A stretch of DNA of 64,000 bases from Balanoglossus misakiensis (lineage: Eukaryota > Animalia > Hemichordata). Where the stretch lies: the NCBI GenBank assembly GCA_040954595.2, contig CM082581.2:8845878-8909877 (forward strand), given 5' to 3'. The number at the start of each line of letters is the position of its first letter. The first letter of the stretch is position 1. Position numbers and translations under genes: made by a program. Below, one piece after another: positions 12,763 to 26,600 of the stretch. The notes beneath the pieces were generated by a model. The model made no database searches. It saw only the letters and a list, made by a program, of their open reading frames with translations, and was not told the DNA's origin.

Positions 12763-15700
12763 ATGAAGTCGTCTTCGCTGCTTTTGATTCTGTCCACTTG
12801 TCTACTAGTCGAAGGTGAGTGTTTCATATTTCTGTGCTTGACAAATAGTTATTTAACTCATTCGTTGTTTTTTTTTTTTAAATAAGATACGTAATCATGT
12901 GTGTGTGATAAACATGAATCAAACGCAAACTTTTGAATAACTTTTTATTATGACACGATTATATGTCGCAGAACATAGAATGTGAATTCTATAGACAGAC
13001 TGGACTCATACATTTCCGATAACAACGAACAACGTCAAGCTATAATAAGTATGTAGGTGCTACTAATCGCAAAAAGCGCCTGTTTAACGTACCAGAGAGA
13101 GACATTTAAAGTATATCAATTTTGTCTAGGCCGACCTGGGTTACTCTTAGTATAGTTCACTAACGCCATTATCTGCCCGCTCCAACTGTTCAAAAGGTCA
13201 CAAATGTACCTTGACATCTCCGAGCTACTTTGTGATCAATCTCTCTCAGCTCAGATACTGTGATTAGAGTCATCAATACACACACACTGCCAATCAATTG
13301 ACAGGGTTCTTGCCTCAAAAAAGTTCGGATTATGGCGACATAGGCCGACTGTTTGGAAACAATCCGCGTTTAGATGACGATCTGCTGGAGGAAATCACAG
13401 CCGTAGTTGGCAGCTCTCTTGATTCCATGCCCCTGATGCAAGCTATGGCAACAGAGAGACTTCCTCTACCCATTGTCCGTACACTGATGGCAAGATACAG
13501 CAGCCAGGTAAGATGTGACGATGAACTCTTGACCAGGTCAGTCTGTTAATATATAAAGCACGTGACAGATATCAACCAATTGCGACAGGTGATCAATAAT
13601 AAAAGCTTCTATTCAGAAGAGGCGCACTCTCGTCAATAATGCAATAGACGCTGAAAGTCTGATGGTTGCTTTTAGAAAATGAGTAGTATGAGAGAAGTTA
13701 ATGCTAACTTCCCGCCTTTCCTTGGGTTTTGGTCAGTTTCTCATGTTGGCAAGTTTCGTTGTAATTATTATAGTTTGTTATGCATACTTCGCAAGAGTAT
13801 GTAAACATTTGTTGACTTCTTTCTCTTCACAGCTAGGACTTGGCAATGGTATGGCATCGATCATCAATGGCATACAAAACCGGGAAGATATGGCACAAAC
13901 ATTGATGTTGTTCTTTCAAATGGGAAACGCCATGGGGCAGACGATTCTGGATGGCATTCAAAAGCAGAAGCAGGACAGGCCTTATACTTTCATGATTGAT
14001 CTCATATGCAACTGTTCTTTGCATTATGTGTAAGTTTTTAAATTATTCGAAATGATTATTAATTTCTTTGACTTAATTTTGTGTTATTGTATACATATCC
14101 ATAACGCAAAGCTCATGGACTAAAGACTATTTGGACAACATCTTATAAAGTTGTATTTTTTTTCATTTAGCGAGGAAGTTTATAATGAGCCAATATTAAA
14201 GGGCTTTTTCATCGATGTACTTCAGGAAGGTAAGTACCACTCATTATTTCGACAGAGCTCCATGACCGTGTGCACGATGTGTGGCGTATCGATGGAATGG
14301 GATGGGATAAATCGTAACATTGTATACATACAGTTTAATTATACAAAGTAACAACCACATTGTTCGAAATGATGCACATTGTAGCAGTTTATAGCTGGCG
14401 CCTAACGTGACTTTCGTATGAGATCAATACACGCAGCCGCAGACGGGACGACACCCACCCATAACATTATACACTTGTCCACATAAAACAGTATGCAGGG
14501 AAGCAAATAAGAAATGTGTCATACAACAGGCCCCCTACGACAGGTGTTTCAACAACGGCAATGGAACGGAAATGGAAAGCATAGGAGACGGTAGGTGGCA
14601 TTTAATCTTACTAAAGCAGAAAGCGTATGACCTTCACACAGAAAACATACTAGTCGCTATAGCATATTAAAGAGTTGAACCGAACTTCGAAACTCAAGTT
14701 GTCTTATTTGGCGATGTATCGCGATAGGCTAATATATCTGTCAGTCAGTCACTCAGTCACATTTAACGAAACTTCTTATTTCAATAGGTATACTATCAGG
14801 TCAGTTCGACGGTTGTATAGTCACAGACAACCGTGAACTGACAAATACTATGGCAATTAGTAATGCCTTCATGCAACTCGATGGAGGGTCTCGATTTTTT
14901 GTCCAAAGCGGAAACTCGGGAATTTTCACTCCCAATGATATCAGTGGCAAGAAAATAGGTATGTCTTACATACACATACATTTTGTTTGTTAGTTTGTTT
15001 GTTTGTTTGTTCTGATCGGAGACGACTATTTTGTTTCACGTTTTTAAATAATCGTTGGTAGCCAACGAACGGTTTTATCTGATTTTCTCTCTTTCAACAT
15101 GTATATCTCAGTAAACTGATCGTCTTTCTACCTCGCGCAGGATTTATTAAGGGCTGGATGAGTTCGAGAGATTGCCTGATCCGAAACAAGGTTAACGGAG
15201 CCGCAACTCTTGAACGAGACCAAATAGTTTATTTTGATAGCATAAACGAGTTACTCAGCAGTATGGAAAATAATGAGGTAAATTGTTTATTATCGTGCGA
15301 TTTGTGTTGTTACAAAATTGATTTTGCTGAAAACGTTTTTATGACTCTCATTATCATAATTGATCAAAATGCTATAGTAAACACGTGACCGGACGTCATT
15401 GGACTCTAAGTTATTTTGCGAAAATTAAACGGGAGATTTTAGGACATCCTAGTTAGTGTACATTTTTCTTCACCATAAATAGATTGACGCAGCCTTCGTG
15501 ATAACATACCCAGAATACGATACCGACGACAAAGATTTCGAGATGCTTGGAGGCACGCCAGCTGGCCTGGTACCAGTCGGTGACGTCATTTACTGCTTCA
15601 GTGACCTCAATATAGGAACCCGTAAAGATAGTCCTGTCGTTGAATGGTTCGACGCCGGTTTAAAGAAGATCAAGGAAAGTGGAAAATATGCATTGTTGTG

Positions 15701-15930
15701 TAAGAATGCACAGACAGAGCACGGTAGGTCGCTAGAACAGCTGTGTCCAAGATTCTCTCGAGTTAATCAAGAAAAGCTCATGATAGTGATTGGAAAATTT
15801 ACACCGGCGTAATTTCATCCGTTATCTTACATTCTGTGTTTTAATTAATGACTCCGTTCAGCAATTAAAACTATTTGTGTGTTGTTTTTGCCTTTTAGGT
15901 TCCAGAGGAAGAGTTGATTGCGTCTTCTGA
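12763..15930 (+). CDS. Secreted solute-binding-protein family 3 (PBP type 2; HisJ/ArtJ/GlnH-like) domain protein, 9 exons, 396 aa
   Basis: Exons 12763-12814, 13305-13507, 13833-14029, 14171-14229, 14492-14590, 14788-14958, 15141-15277, 15483-15723, 15899-15930. All GT-AG and phase-compatible; sum 1191 nt ending in TGA. Signal peptide MKSSSLLLILSTCLLVEG. SBP3-like motifs: LKGFFIDVLQEVCREANKKC, GILSGQFDG, DISGKKIGFIKG, ELLSSMENNEIDAAF, WFDAGLKKIKESGKYALLC. Confidence 0.85.
14981..15011. repeat. (TTTG)n microsatellite, intronic
   Basis: TTTTGTTTGTTAGTTTGTTTGTTTGTTTGTT seen directly. Confidence 0.8.
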
Positions 15931-16122
15931 AGCGACCGATGTGGTCGAAGAACGAAAGCCTAGAGTGGAATTAGTTCTTAGCGAATTTTCCGTTTCCTAA
16001 CATAATTCTTGTAACACTATAGTGATTGTCGAAAGTAACACACTCAGTCAGAGTTTTCAAATAGCCATATGGTGGCGGGGTTTTTCTCGTAGGTTACCAA
16101 GTGGCCTCAATACATATTTGAA

Positions 16123-16174
16123 TCACCAAAGTTTGCAAAGTTGGGAATTTGTCATTTTTGGACAGTTTTCATGA
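16123..16174. repeat. 52-bp satellite-related direct repeat, copy 2
   Basis: TCACCAAAGTTTGCAAAGTTGGGAATTTGTCATTTTTGGACAGTTTTCATGA; matches 12514-12565, and its 3' part is an inverted match to the 88-bp unit. Confidence 0.85.
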
Positions 16175-19100
16175 AAAATATAGGGGTCATTGTGGTTGAT
16201 CAGTAAATATAAAGGTCGTTTAAATTTAGTTGATAATGAAAATATCAAGATTTTCATGTCAACAGCTCGAGTTTACTATAGACTTTCCTAAAGCTAGAAA
16301 AAAAGCATCACTGGTTGTCAACGAATGGTGGCGCTGTTGTATTAGCTGCCACCTGTTGATGGCCTCACATAATTAAAAATCAAACGAGATAAATAAGAAC
16401 CTTGTCATGGTCACAATTTGTTGTCAATCATCAACAGCATCAACAACTAATCGAAACTATTTGTTGAAGGTACTCTTGAACGCAGAGAAGAAGCCGCGAC
16501 ACATTACGAGAGTCCACCGAGATTTAAAAATGGGAGTCATGGCCGGTTCGACGTTTCCTACGGCCTACTCAGTGATGTGTGTCTCGACATTCGACGGTTT
16601 CTGCGTTTTTCAATTTTCTCGGTTTTGCTTTAGACGATTTTTGATGTTATTAGTCGAACATTAAAGAAATCGACAACGTCAGAATTATACCTGATTAACA
16701 ATTTACCCTGACACCCCCCCCCCCTCCCCTGAGGGGCCGTGCCCACAGGTACCGGCCACAGACAGACCAGCTGACAGACCGCGACTAAGGGATATATGCT
16801 TTCTGTAACAGTTTACTAATGAGTTAATAGTGTTGAAATGAGTCAATATTAAAACACTGAACCTTCTCCCAATAAAATTTACGAGAATTCGATTTTAAAG
16901 ACAATGTACAACTAATTATACCCCTGCGTGCTTCACCGTGGGTTGCAGCCCGCGGCCGCCATCTTGACTTTTACATCTCACACAAAATAAAAGCGAAGCT
17001 CTGACTATTCAGCCTGAGCATTAGCTAGAAGAATTTTTGTCTCTTAGAATGACGAATGAGATATAATAAGGGGCAATTTACGGCCCACCATTACTTCATT
17101 TCATGTGATTTACCTAACAATGGCGTACCCTTTACAACTCGACAAACTGCCGACGTCACCAGCACGTTGCCACGGAAACTAAAGAGCTTCGCTGGAGAGA
17201 AATTTCCGTTGCAAAAGGTAGGAGGAACTTCACTGAGTAGGCGGGAAGGGCCGTATGCATGCCTGGAATATCTGTCCGAGCTCAAATCACCATCGTGTGA
17301 CGTGATCATCTGCGATTTGGTGGCTATACTTAAAGCTTACTCATTGTTTGTCTGTTTTGTAAATAATAATAATAAACAAATAAATGGAGGAAACTGTCCG
17401 TTCCTTTTTTGAAATCCGGCGTGTCTTCACAATGTTCTCTTTGCAGTATTGATCGGCGTGAGGTATCAATATTCACTCAAAAGAGTTAACCACATTAGCG
17501 TACTCAGTTTATGCCGTTTCAGAAATTGTAAATGTCGAGCAGAATTGGCAACCGATGCGTCGATGAGCAACAATGTAAATGTAAATAAAGCTAGTTTTCA
17601 AGTTTGTGATCAAAGGTTGCCGATGGACGGCAAAATCGGGGGCGAGTTCATCTTTTCATTTTAAAACTCGGGAGGTCCGTCTCTTTCTCACCCTTATCAA
17701 AACGGTTCATTCAAATCCAATGATCTGTAAAAGAAATCCATTTATAGTAGACCAACTGTACTTTTTAACGTATTTTCTCTGTAATTTTCTTTGTCAATAT
17801 TTCTGAATATCTATATTGCAATGCAACTTTATAACTGGTGGACATTGGCGGTACAGCCTCGTTACATATCAGTGAAGCCTTTGGGCGTACCCTTACCATT
17901 GGCAAGTTAATGGTATACTACTAGCCAAGTTATCCTTACCAACATATAGTATAACGCAAACCCATGTTTCAAAGCTGCTCCCTGTATAATAAATGCCATG
18001 TCTCTCACTCGTCATGTACCAATTACGCGACGAATGCTTACATTATGAACGTGACCACTGCGCGCCGATAAAACTATTGATTGAATTTCTCTCTCTTGAC
18101 AGCAAATAACCAATACTTGGCTTTTCTGTGGCTTAACATACATTCGACAAGTGAACAACGAAAATAACGTTCCAAATTTTCGCTTTCTATCGATTCCAAT
18201 GGGATGTCATTGACCTTTGGTAGCTAATCTTATCTGATAGGTGTGCCGAGGCAAATCTTAGAAAGTGCACCGCAGGAACGCAAGCCCATCACCTGTCCCT
18301 CATTCGAGATGCCTCCCACCCTCCACGATAAATGGTACGTTCTATAAATATATCTATTCAACAATGACACAAGGGGGAATAAAAACGCAAAGGAAGTGAG
18401 TTGTGAGAGTAAGTCAAACACTAATCATACCACAATTATAATAAATTCCATGTTGAATACATTAAATATTAGTAATCATTCACAATTCGAGCGTAGAGTA
18501 GCAACGTTAATTAGGCACGGGGATTCGGCTCTGATTTGGCTCTTGCGTCGGCTTTGCAGTGGACGACTCCCCAGCTTCGAACACGCAACAGGCTGAAATT
18601 TATCGTATGCTCGCCGTCATTCTCGCGAAAACCTAATCCAGCGACTTGGAAGGGAGTCTTGACCAAAAGGACATCTTTAAGGAAGCTTACTGCCACGCCA
18701 AGCACTATCACTACCACAGGACAAGTGAACTCCAGGTTAGTATATTTTATGAGTTACTCTTGTATAGAGATAATTGACATTACTTTTCATCGACGTGGAT
18801 AGAGTTGATATAAAATAGACCAGTTGTAGCAAAAGTGTCTATTTTATTCCCCGAAGCAGGCGATGCAGAAAATAGGCACTCTTACGAGGCAGGAAGTACG
18901 CAGGAGACGATAGTCATAAGACCGTGGTTTGGTCAGGAATCGATCACGTAGGCAAGTTCAGACAAATCTAAGCATTAATGCCATTACCAACTAAATAAAT
19001 CGTTATTTTAACGCGACGGAGATTAAACACGTAGACGTACACTGTCACAAGACAAGCATGTTTCGCCTTGGGTTAAATCACAACCCGATTCACAGGAGTG

Positions 19101-20581
19101 TGCTATTACAGGGAAACGCGTGCGCGCAACCCAAAAACCGCTTCTGTAGTAACAATACATGCACAATCTAAAAAATTGCATTTAAAATATTCATGCGAGT
19201 GCCGGCGTAGACGCACAAATAAATAAAAATCAATCGAACGCAGGCGAGTAGTTAAATATACCATTACATGCGGGACCATTCTCTGATGATAGATTTGTAT
19301 TACTAACATGAATTCGCTACGAGAGGAGTTCAGCTTTTTTAGGATATTTCCAAAACATTTCCTTGCATCCCAAAATAACGACATAATCGACAGTGTGGTG
19401 TCTATGTAGTTGACGTCATTTTCCAAAATTCGTAGGAATCTATCAGAAATATCACTTTTGGAACCATCAAGCCGCTATCGCTTTGCAGTCGTTAAGTCAG
19501 TAAAACAGTTCTACACTTTCCTTTGAGGCGAAATAAATGATGTGACGCGAAAGGGACATAATCACGCGCAAAAATCAATTACTCCCATCTTATTCCATTA
19601 ATCTCACAAGCACTGTTTCAAAAGTATTCTCCAAATTATTTGTGTCTCAAATCTAGCCAAAAGCCTAAGAGCAGTACTAGCAACCATGCACTGATGAAAC
19701 AAATGTAATATCGGGCGAATCTTTCTCACAGTACTAGACGATCTGACGATTTAATCACAAACCTTTGTTTCCACTGATGTTGCATTTGCTTAGTTAACTT
19801 TAATTAATTGCCAATGTTCATCGTCATATGTTAGTAATTGCATTATATCTCAAAAGATGTATATTCATTCAAAAATTGATATCTGTTGAAAGAATACAAT
19901 AGTGCACTTAACTTGTGCACAAGAAGGGGGCTCCCGAAAAGACAAAATGAGCTGAACGTGACTGTTCACATCAAGAGATTCGGAACTAAAACACCAAAAT
20001 AGCGTCTGAGATTATTGATACTGACTAGATGAGGCTTACAAATCGTGAGAGTCACGCTTGGCGATTGGGCACTCAACCGTGACTACTGAAACGCCGTTCA
20101 ACGCGGGTCGGTTCCGTTGTCTTTTCACGCGTCGCCAAGCTCAAAATCATATTTTTATTCATTGCAAGATTACCGTGGTTAGTGCGCACCCGTTGTTTAC
20201 TCTCGTGCGCCACGGAGCTCAGCCAGTCATTCAGCGGACTTCATTTTATTTACGCAGAAGAGCGTGTTAAACATTACTATGGCGACGAGAAGGAACGTTC
20301 GTACTTGCTTTATATTTGTATAAGCCATCATTCGATTCCCCAACTGTTGCCCCTTCAGCTAATGGTGTGTTACCAGGTTACTTTGGACAACCTTACTCCC
20401 CTGTCACGAGAGTCCTTGAAAATTAATTTTGTTACTTCTCTTTTCTACACGCAATTGACTACTGTTCGCTTGGTGAATGGACTCGTCTGGCGGCGGGCAA
20501 TGTGGCATGGTTGATTAGTTATATGTTACTACTAGAAGATAAATTCTACGTTTCAGCTCATTCAGTTTAGTCAACTAATCG

Positions 20582-20601
20582 AACAAACAAACAAACAAAC
20601 A

Positions 20602-20687
<86 letters not shown>
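20582..20687. repeat. Compound microsatellite (AAAC)n-(ATG)~28
   Basis: Seen directly; explains the poly-His ORF 20575..20949. Confidence 0.97.
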
Positions 20688-20688
<1 letters not shown>

Positions 20689-23600
20689 GCTGTTGTGGTG
20701 GTGGTTATTATTTGAAACACTGTAAAATCGTATTTTCAACCTTCGAAGTAACTGAAATGAGCGACTTCTCGCCGGGGCTAAAATTGGCCCGGGGTTGTGA
20801 AAATGGTTTCTAAGAAACGACAATCTTAAAGTCTGATATTCCGCTTTGGAGAGTACATCGCCTGATATTTTTTCCAAAGAACAGCAAAAAAATACAAAAC
20901 TTGTCATTAGCATCGTTCCAACTCCCACTGGAAAATTAAAAGACGCCACAAATATACACCGTCATTTTAAATCTCAGCCTTCACTCACCACCGCTTAAGG
21001 TGCCATTACCGAGTACAAAGCTAGTCTTCAACAAATAGATCATGATCAATTGAAATTCACAGAGCAGCCTAGGGGAGCTGTGTTCACGCCGCGGCCTAAA
21101 ACGAAACGTATGTACCGTGTAAGTGTCCCTGAACAGCTGTGTTTGACATCATGCTTAAACTGTCACAGTGGACACGCCATTTCTCCCGGACGGAACAAAA
21201 TCTACTCGGCTACGAAAGCAGACACACAATGTCAGTGACGTCAACGAAATGTATACTTTCAGGAATAAAATAAATTTGGGGCGTATTTCTGGTTTGTTAC
21301 TCCCAGCAACAGGCCGCAGGGGGGCGCGGCGTCGTTTCTGATAGTGACGTAACGGAACATTGCATCCCCATTTTCGTTAAACACGAATACAATGGACTAA
21401 TAAGCCGGTAAACTTTGACTTTTACTCGAGCTAGTTTGATTACGCAGAGTAAAGGTCAGCTGGCGAGTGAATTTGGATATACTTTGCGCTTGATTGAATC
21501 ATTCAGCATAACTGTTGGCTCGGAGCCAAAAAATTGCCGTAAAAATAGCATATGTCGCTGAACTGTAAGCGATGTATTTCATTAAAACTATATATACACT
21601 CGTTCAATTTCCGCACACATTTCGCCCACTCTCATTAAGATTGGCGGGGCGACGCTTAAAACCAATATACATCATTTCTTGTTAAAGATTTATTGTTACG
21701 TATATTTTCGATGGTCTTCAGAACTGTAATAAAGGGAAACGTACTTCTGAATTATTTTAGATTAGAAGGAGTACATTGGAATGGATTTTACTGTTAGATA
21801 AAATTATTTAGATTCTCATTATGACAGAAATGTCGAGGTTTTAGTTCATTTATGTATGGTGCAGCCGATGTCAAGTACAATATTCAAAATTTAGACGAAG
21901 TAATTTGCTTCGGTTGTAAGTATTATTGTAATACAGAGTGTACTCATATAACTGCGACGAAATAGAACGGCCACCCTAAAACGTGGTTATGAGTAGGCAC
22001 CGCTACAAGTGTAAAAATGGCGTGAAATTTTCTCTGAATTTTCTTCGATCACAGTTTTCAGCGCATTTTTTTATTACCGAAATGTAAAATTAGAATCAAA
22101 ATGCTGCCTGTCTTTAGCAAAGTCACAGTGGTGGTTGCAATTTGACCTCAAAGTTTTAGCTTTTAATGATTAACATTTACACATGCGGTCTACTTAAAGT
22201 CTTCCCTTAATTTGATTTTCGCTCATCTGGTGAAGCATTTTCCCTCTTATTTGACTCTATGCAAATTAGCCCTGGGAAATTCTAGTGTGTTGTAGAATGA
22301 GGCCAAAAGAAGTAATTTGCATCCGCAACTGTAGTTGATTCGGGTGTTTGGATGAAAAGCAGACAGAGCTGCAACTGTGTTGAATGAATCTACTCAGTAA
22401 TATTTTATACCAAAATGATAACAATTGCTTGGTTTTGGACAGCATATCGCCAAAGCGTGAATTTCGGAAGACAAAACACCGTGATGTGTGTTTTTTTTCT
22501 AAAATCTACACACGCGAATTGATAAGAAAGACTTTGCTTTCCTCTGACCTGGTATTATTTAACAACATTCTAGGCTATAGATGCGATTTGATTAATGGTT
22601 CATTTCATTGGATTCATCAGTCAACACCAGTTTAGGGAAGGTAAATTGAATCATATTATAATTCCGACTTATAAAAAAAAACTAATTATGTAATGCAATT
22701 AATTGAGACTGATAACCACTGTGACAATATTGTAAAAGATTAGGCAAACAAGTGCACGATACAGAAAATCAAATATTATCTTCAAATGACCGTTTTAATT
22801 TCGATTGAATTAAAAGCAGTACCAAGCTTTATTCCGAAACATTGATTTCTATAGCTGTGGTTAGGCACACGTCCACACATTAATATTCGCTGCAAAAATA
22901 TATCATTGCAGATGTATGTTGAACTGAAAAAATAGCGAGTGAACACTGACACCAATGGTGATGAAGTACTGGTAACCGATATATACACACTCACGCTTTC
23001 CTGTCAGAAATATTTTCTCAATATAGCGACGTGACGCCGCATAACAATCTGAGCCTAACTGTGACGGAGAATAGGAAATGCGCTATTGTATGCCAGGTAC
23101 CCCGTCACTTCAGTGAAGAACGCCACAGTGGGGCCAAATAACGCGCCGCAGTTGTCTATTGAAACCTTTCATACCGGGAATGAATGTTGAAAAAATCATT
23201 GATTAAGTTTTGCATTAGACCTCATAGAAGTGTGGCCCCCACCAATTGCAATCGCCAGTGCGCCCTGCAGTTGCAATAACTTCAACAACGATGACACGCC
23301 TATTGTAATTTCTGCCGAGTATGATCCTGTCAACATTGCATCCTCAATACATGGGAACAACTGAGTGAAATTGATATCAGGCGTACACGTTAAATGCAAA
23401 TGATTGATAATATTATACAATATGGATAGTGGAGTGGCCTATGTCCGAGGAAAAACCAAACTACATTGGACCGTACTTTTTTACGACACGGCAACCGAAA
23501 AGTATCATATCCGGACAACCCTCCGTTCAGTCACTGAATTATAGACTGAAGGGAGTTTCGAAAATGTATCTTGACCTGGTTAAAGGGACAAAGTATCTAC

Positions 23601-26600
23601 CGAATGACAAAATTTTGATGATTTTTCCTTATGAGCAGTCATTTCTGTTATCGTAATCGCTGATATATTGATTGCTAGACTCAGCTCCACACTCTGTGAA
23701 TAGACATAGCTTGTAAATAAAATCAAAACTTGATTTTCCAACTCGAATCAAATAAAAAAGTTTGTATTATAATAAAACGCAACTATCAGAAGACAACGAA
23801 CATTTTGACCGCACAGGCGATATCTTGCATTCTAAAACTTTTATAGATATAAGATTTCCCTGTCGAAAGATTACTAGCAAGCTTTTTCACTTATAGCTTG
23901 AACAGCTGCATCTGACAATTTCTGGAATAAATCGTCAGAAGATCTCGACTTAATTCGATAACGAGACGGTAATATAGAGGAATGCCGTGTAAGGTTGTGT
24001 GTATTTAGACTTACTAATACCAGTCATACGTAACGTCAAAATCAGGTAGGGCCGCCTACGTAGGAGAGATGGGCTAATCCCCAATTCAGCGTTTCCGGCT
24101 TCGAAGTTCCTGAGCCTTAAAATCTGAGAACACATGGACGGATAGCCACTGTCTGTAATTAAATTCACTTGGCAGTGAACATACGTCGGTTGGTCAAAGG
24201 GACAGGACAACTTATAAAACAACGAAATGAAAGTTCCGTTTCCTTTGACCTTGAAGTTAGAACCTGAATGAACCACACATGGTGAAATTTTGTAGCGCAT
24301 GCTTCTTTTCAGAGAAAATTATTTTCTTCTAATATTTCTCTTTCAAATCATAAATTAAAAAAAAAATCGACATTTGCAGATATTTTTTCTTGACAGCATA
24401 AGCTTATATGAGGATTTAGTTAGCTTATTTCACGGTGACATTGCTAAAAGTGCTATATTCCTTGATTTCAATACATCGACGATTAAATTGCACACAATTA
24501 CGACAAAATGTTTAATTACTTTTCATGGTGACTACTGGGTTAAAGCACTTCAGACATACGTCACAGTTCATGTGTCCAATATGCCCATGTAAGGGTATTA
24601 CTGGCGCTGTATATCAAAGCGAGGCAGTCACGTGGGTGATGAGGGGGAAGGGTCATACATAATTAGGTGGAGAGAAGGTGTTTATTGGCAGTTAGGGAGA
24701 CAAGGAAGGGACATGCGCGGAGGGGCGATTCCAGAGGACGAACAGACAGTCTGATACAAAGATACCTTACAGAGAGAAACACACACAAATTCAGCATCAC
24801 AAAGAAACTGAAAGTGGACGAACGGACAAGTAAATGACATTGAAATATGATGTTAGTACAAGAGCAATTGGACTATTTGAGTTGACTTCATGAACACTGC
24901 ATAACAACCGACACGAACTCTGTTACATGTCAATGTTTAAGCAATATTAATGACGGATGATATTTTACCAGAGTAAAATATGAAGGGTAATCAATTTTCT
25001 CCTCAGACTTCTATTTAAAGCTGTATCAAACGAGTTGAAATCACCCCCACTTTAAAAGGACTCTTAGTCACGTATGACTGGCAGAAGTTGTTCATTTATC
25101 CAACCTCTCTTTTTACTATGTAGGAAAAGGGCGTGGCATAGAGACTTATCGTCCGTGTGCACTTCCCCCCTCCCAAACCAAATCCCACGGTGGCAAATGC
25201 ATAATTATCTTTAGACGTCTACGTTGTAATTAATTGAATTAACGACTCACAGCAAAGTCAACCGTTGACTTTGAATCTTGATTATCCACTGACTATTTAA
25301 TTGTTACATTGTCGAGGTTGTATGCATGAGAACAAATCACAAAGAAAACGTTGATAAACTACAAACATTTCCATTGGTTGAATGTGCTTTCTGAAATGAA
25401 CTTCCACCAATCAGCCGCAACGTTTGAGAGTCCCAGATCAGCTTGGAATTAACATAAAATGCCATCCGTCTGCGCCGTTCACTGGAACAAAAAATCACAA
25501 AGTCGTGGAGCAGATTTTCCTCTATAAATCATCAACTTCTCTCCGTCTTTGCTTGAAAAAGACTGCAGTAAATTCTGTCATACTTTATCAGACTCAGGCG
25601 ATTCAAGTCTATCAAATGTGATGAATGCAATCACTTCCACGAAACGCCTTGTGACGTCACCGCATCAGACCGAAATTAAAACTTTCGGATTTAGGAAAAC
25701 TCGGCGTTATTTATGAAAGCATGGTCATTAGTAAGGTCTAAAAATAACTTGCTAATCTGTATTTAAGGTAAGTAACAGGATGGAACTGGAGTTTAACGTG
25801 AGGTCAAGTGTTAAAAGACTGCTCCATTCAATCCATTTCCCGTGGTGTCACGGTTAATTTGGGTGGTGTATTTCATCCAATATTAACTTTTTCACGCAGT
25901 TTAGTTTCATTCATTGAGCCCGGGCACATGAGATGGCTGGGGTAATTTATATAAATACTCAAGCCGTTCGACTCGAATCAGAGAGTTATGGCTTGACATT
26001 TGCGTCAACCAGAGAGAAAGAAACGCTACAAAATGCACATATAAAATGCATAGTTTCTTGAAAAAGAGCTTCATGGGTAAAACGTCACATGAAAAAGGGT
26101 GGTCTATAATTGAGCATCAATGCGACCGGTTTCTGCATTGCTACGAGTACAGCGTCTCACAGCAACAACTAATTAGCTTTCACCTCGGTGACATTGAGGT
26201 TTCAGCCGGGAGAGCGTGTTTACGTAGATCCTGACATTGTCGGGTTTCAGAACAATGTATAATTGTGCACGGATGATTCAGAACGACAAAACATTGGTGA
26301 AAGAAATTGTATGTTCAGGAGAGTGCTTTCTGGTTGTTAGGACCGCGCAATTTGGTGTAAACTAGAATCGCAGATGAGATCTGCCTGCCGTGGATGTTTG
26401 GGTCTCGTAATCAATACACGTGCACTTGACTAATGGTCGTGTGGAAGTGCGTAGTGTTTCACAAATGCACACTGATCCAATCATCGACTCAGTGGCCGTA
26501 ATATGATTATGTTACATGGTTGGTTGATTTTCGGTCTATCTATGGTTGCGTCGGTCGCCATTTCCCGACTGTATGAATCAACAACTTGACGAAATATCAG

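Noticed and set aside
20575-20949. Poly-His ORF
   Set aside because: Translation of the (ATG)n microsatellite.
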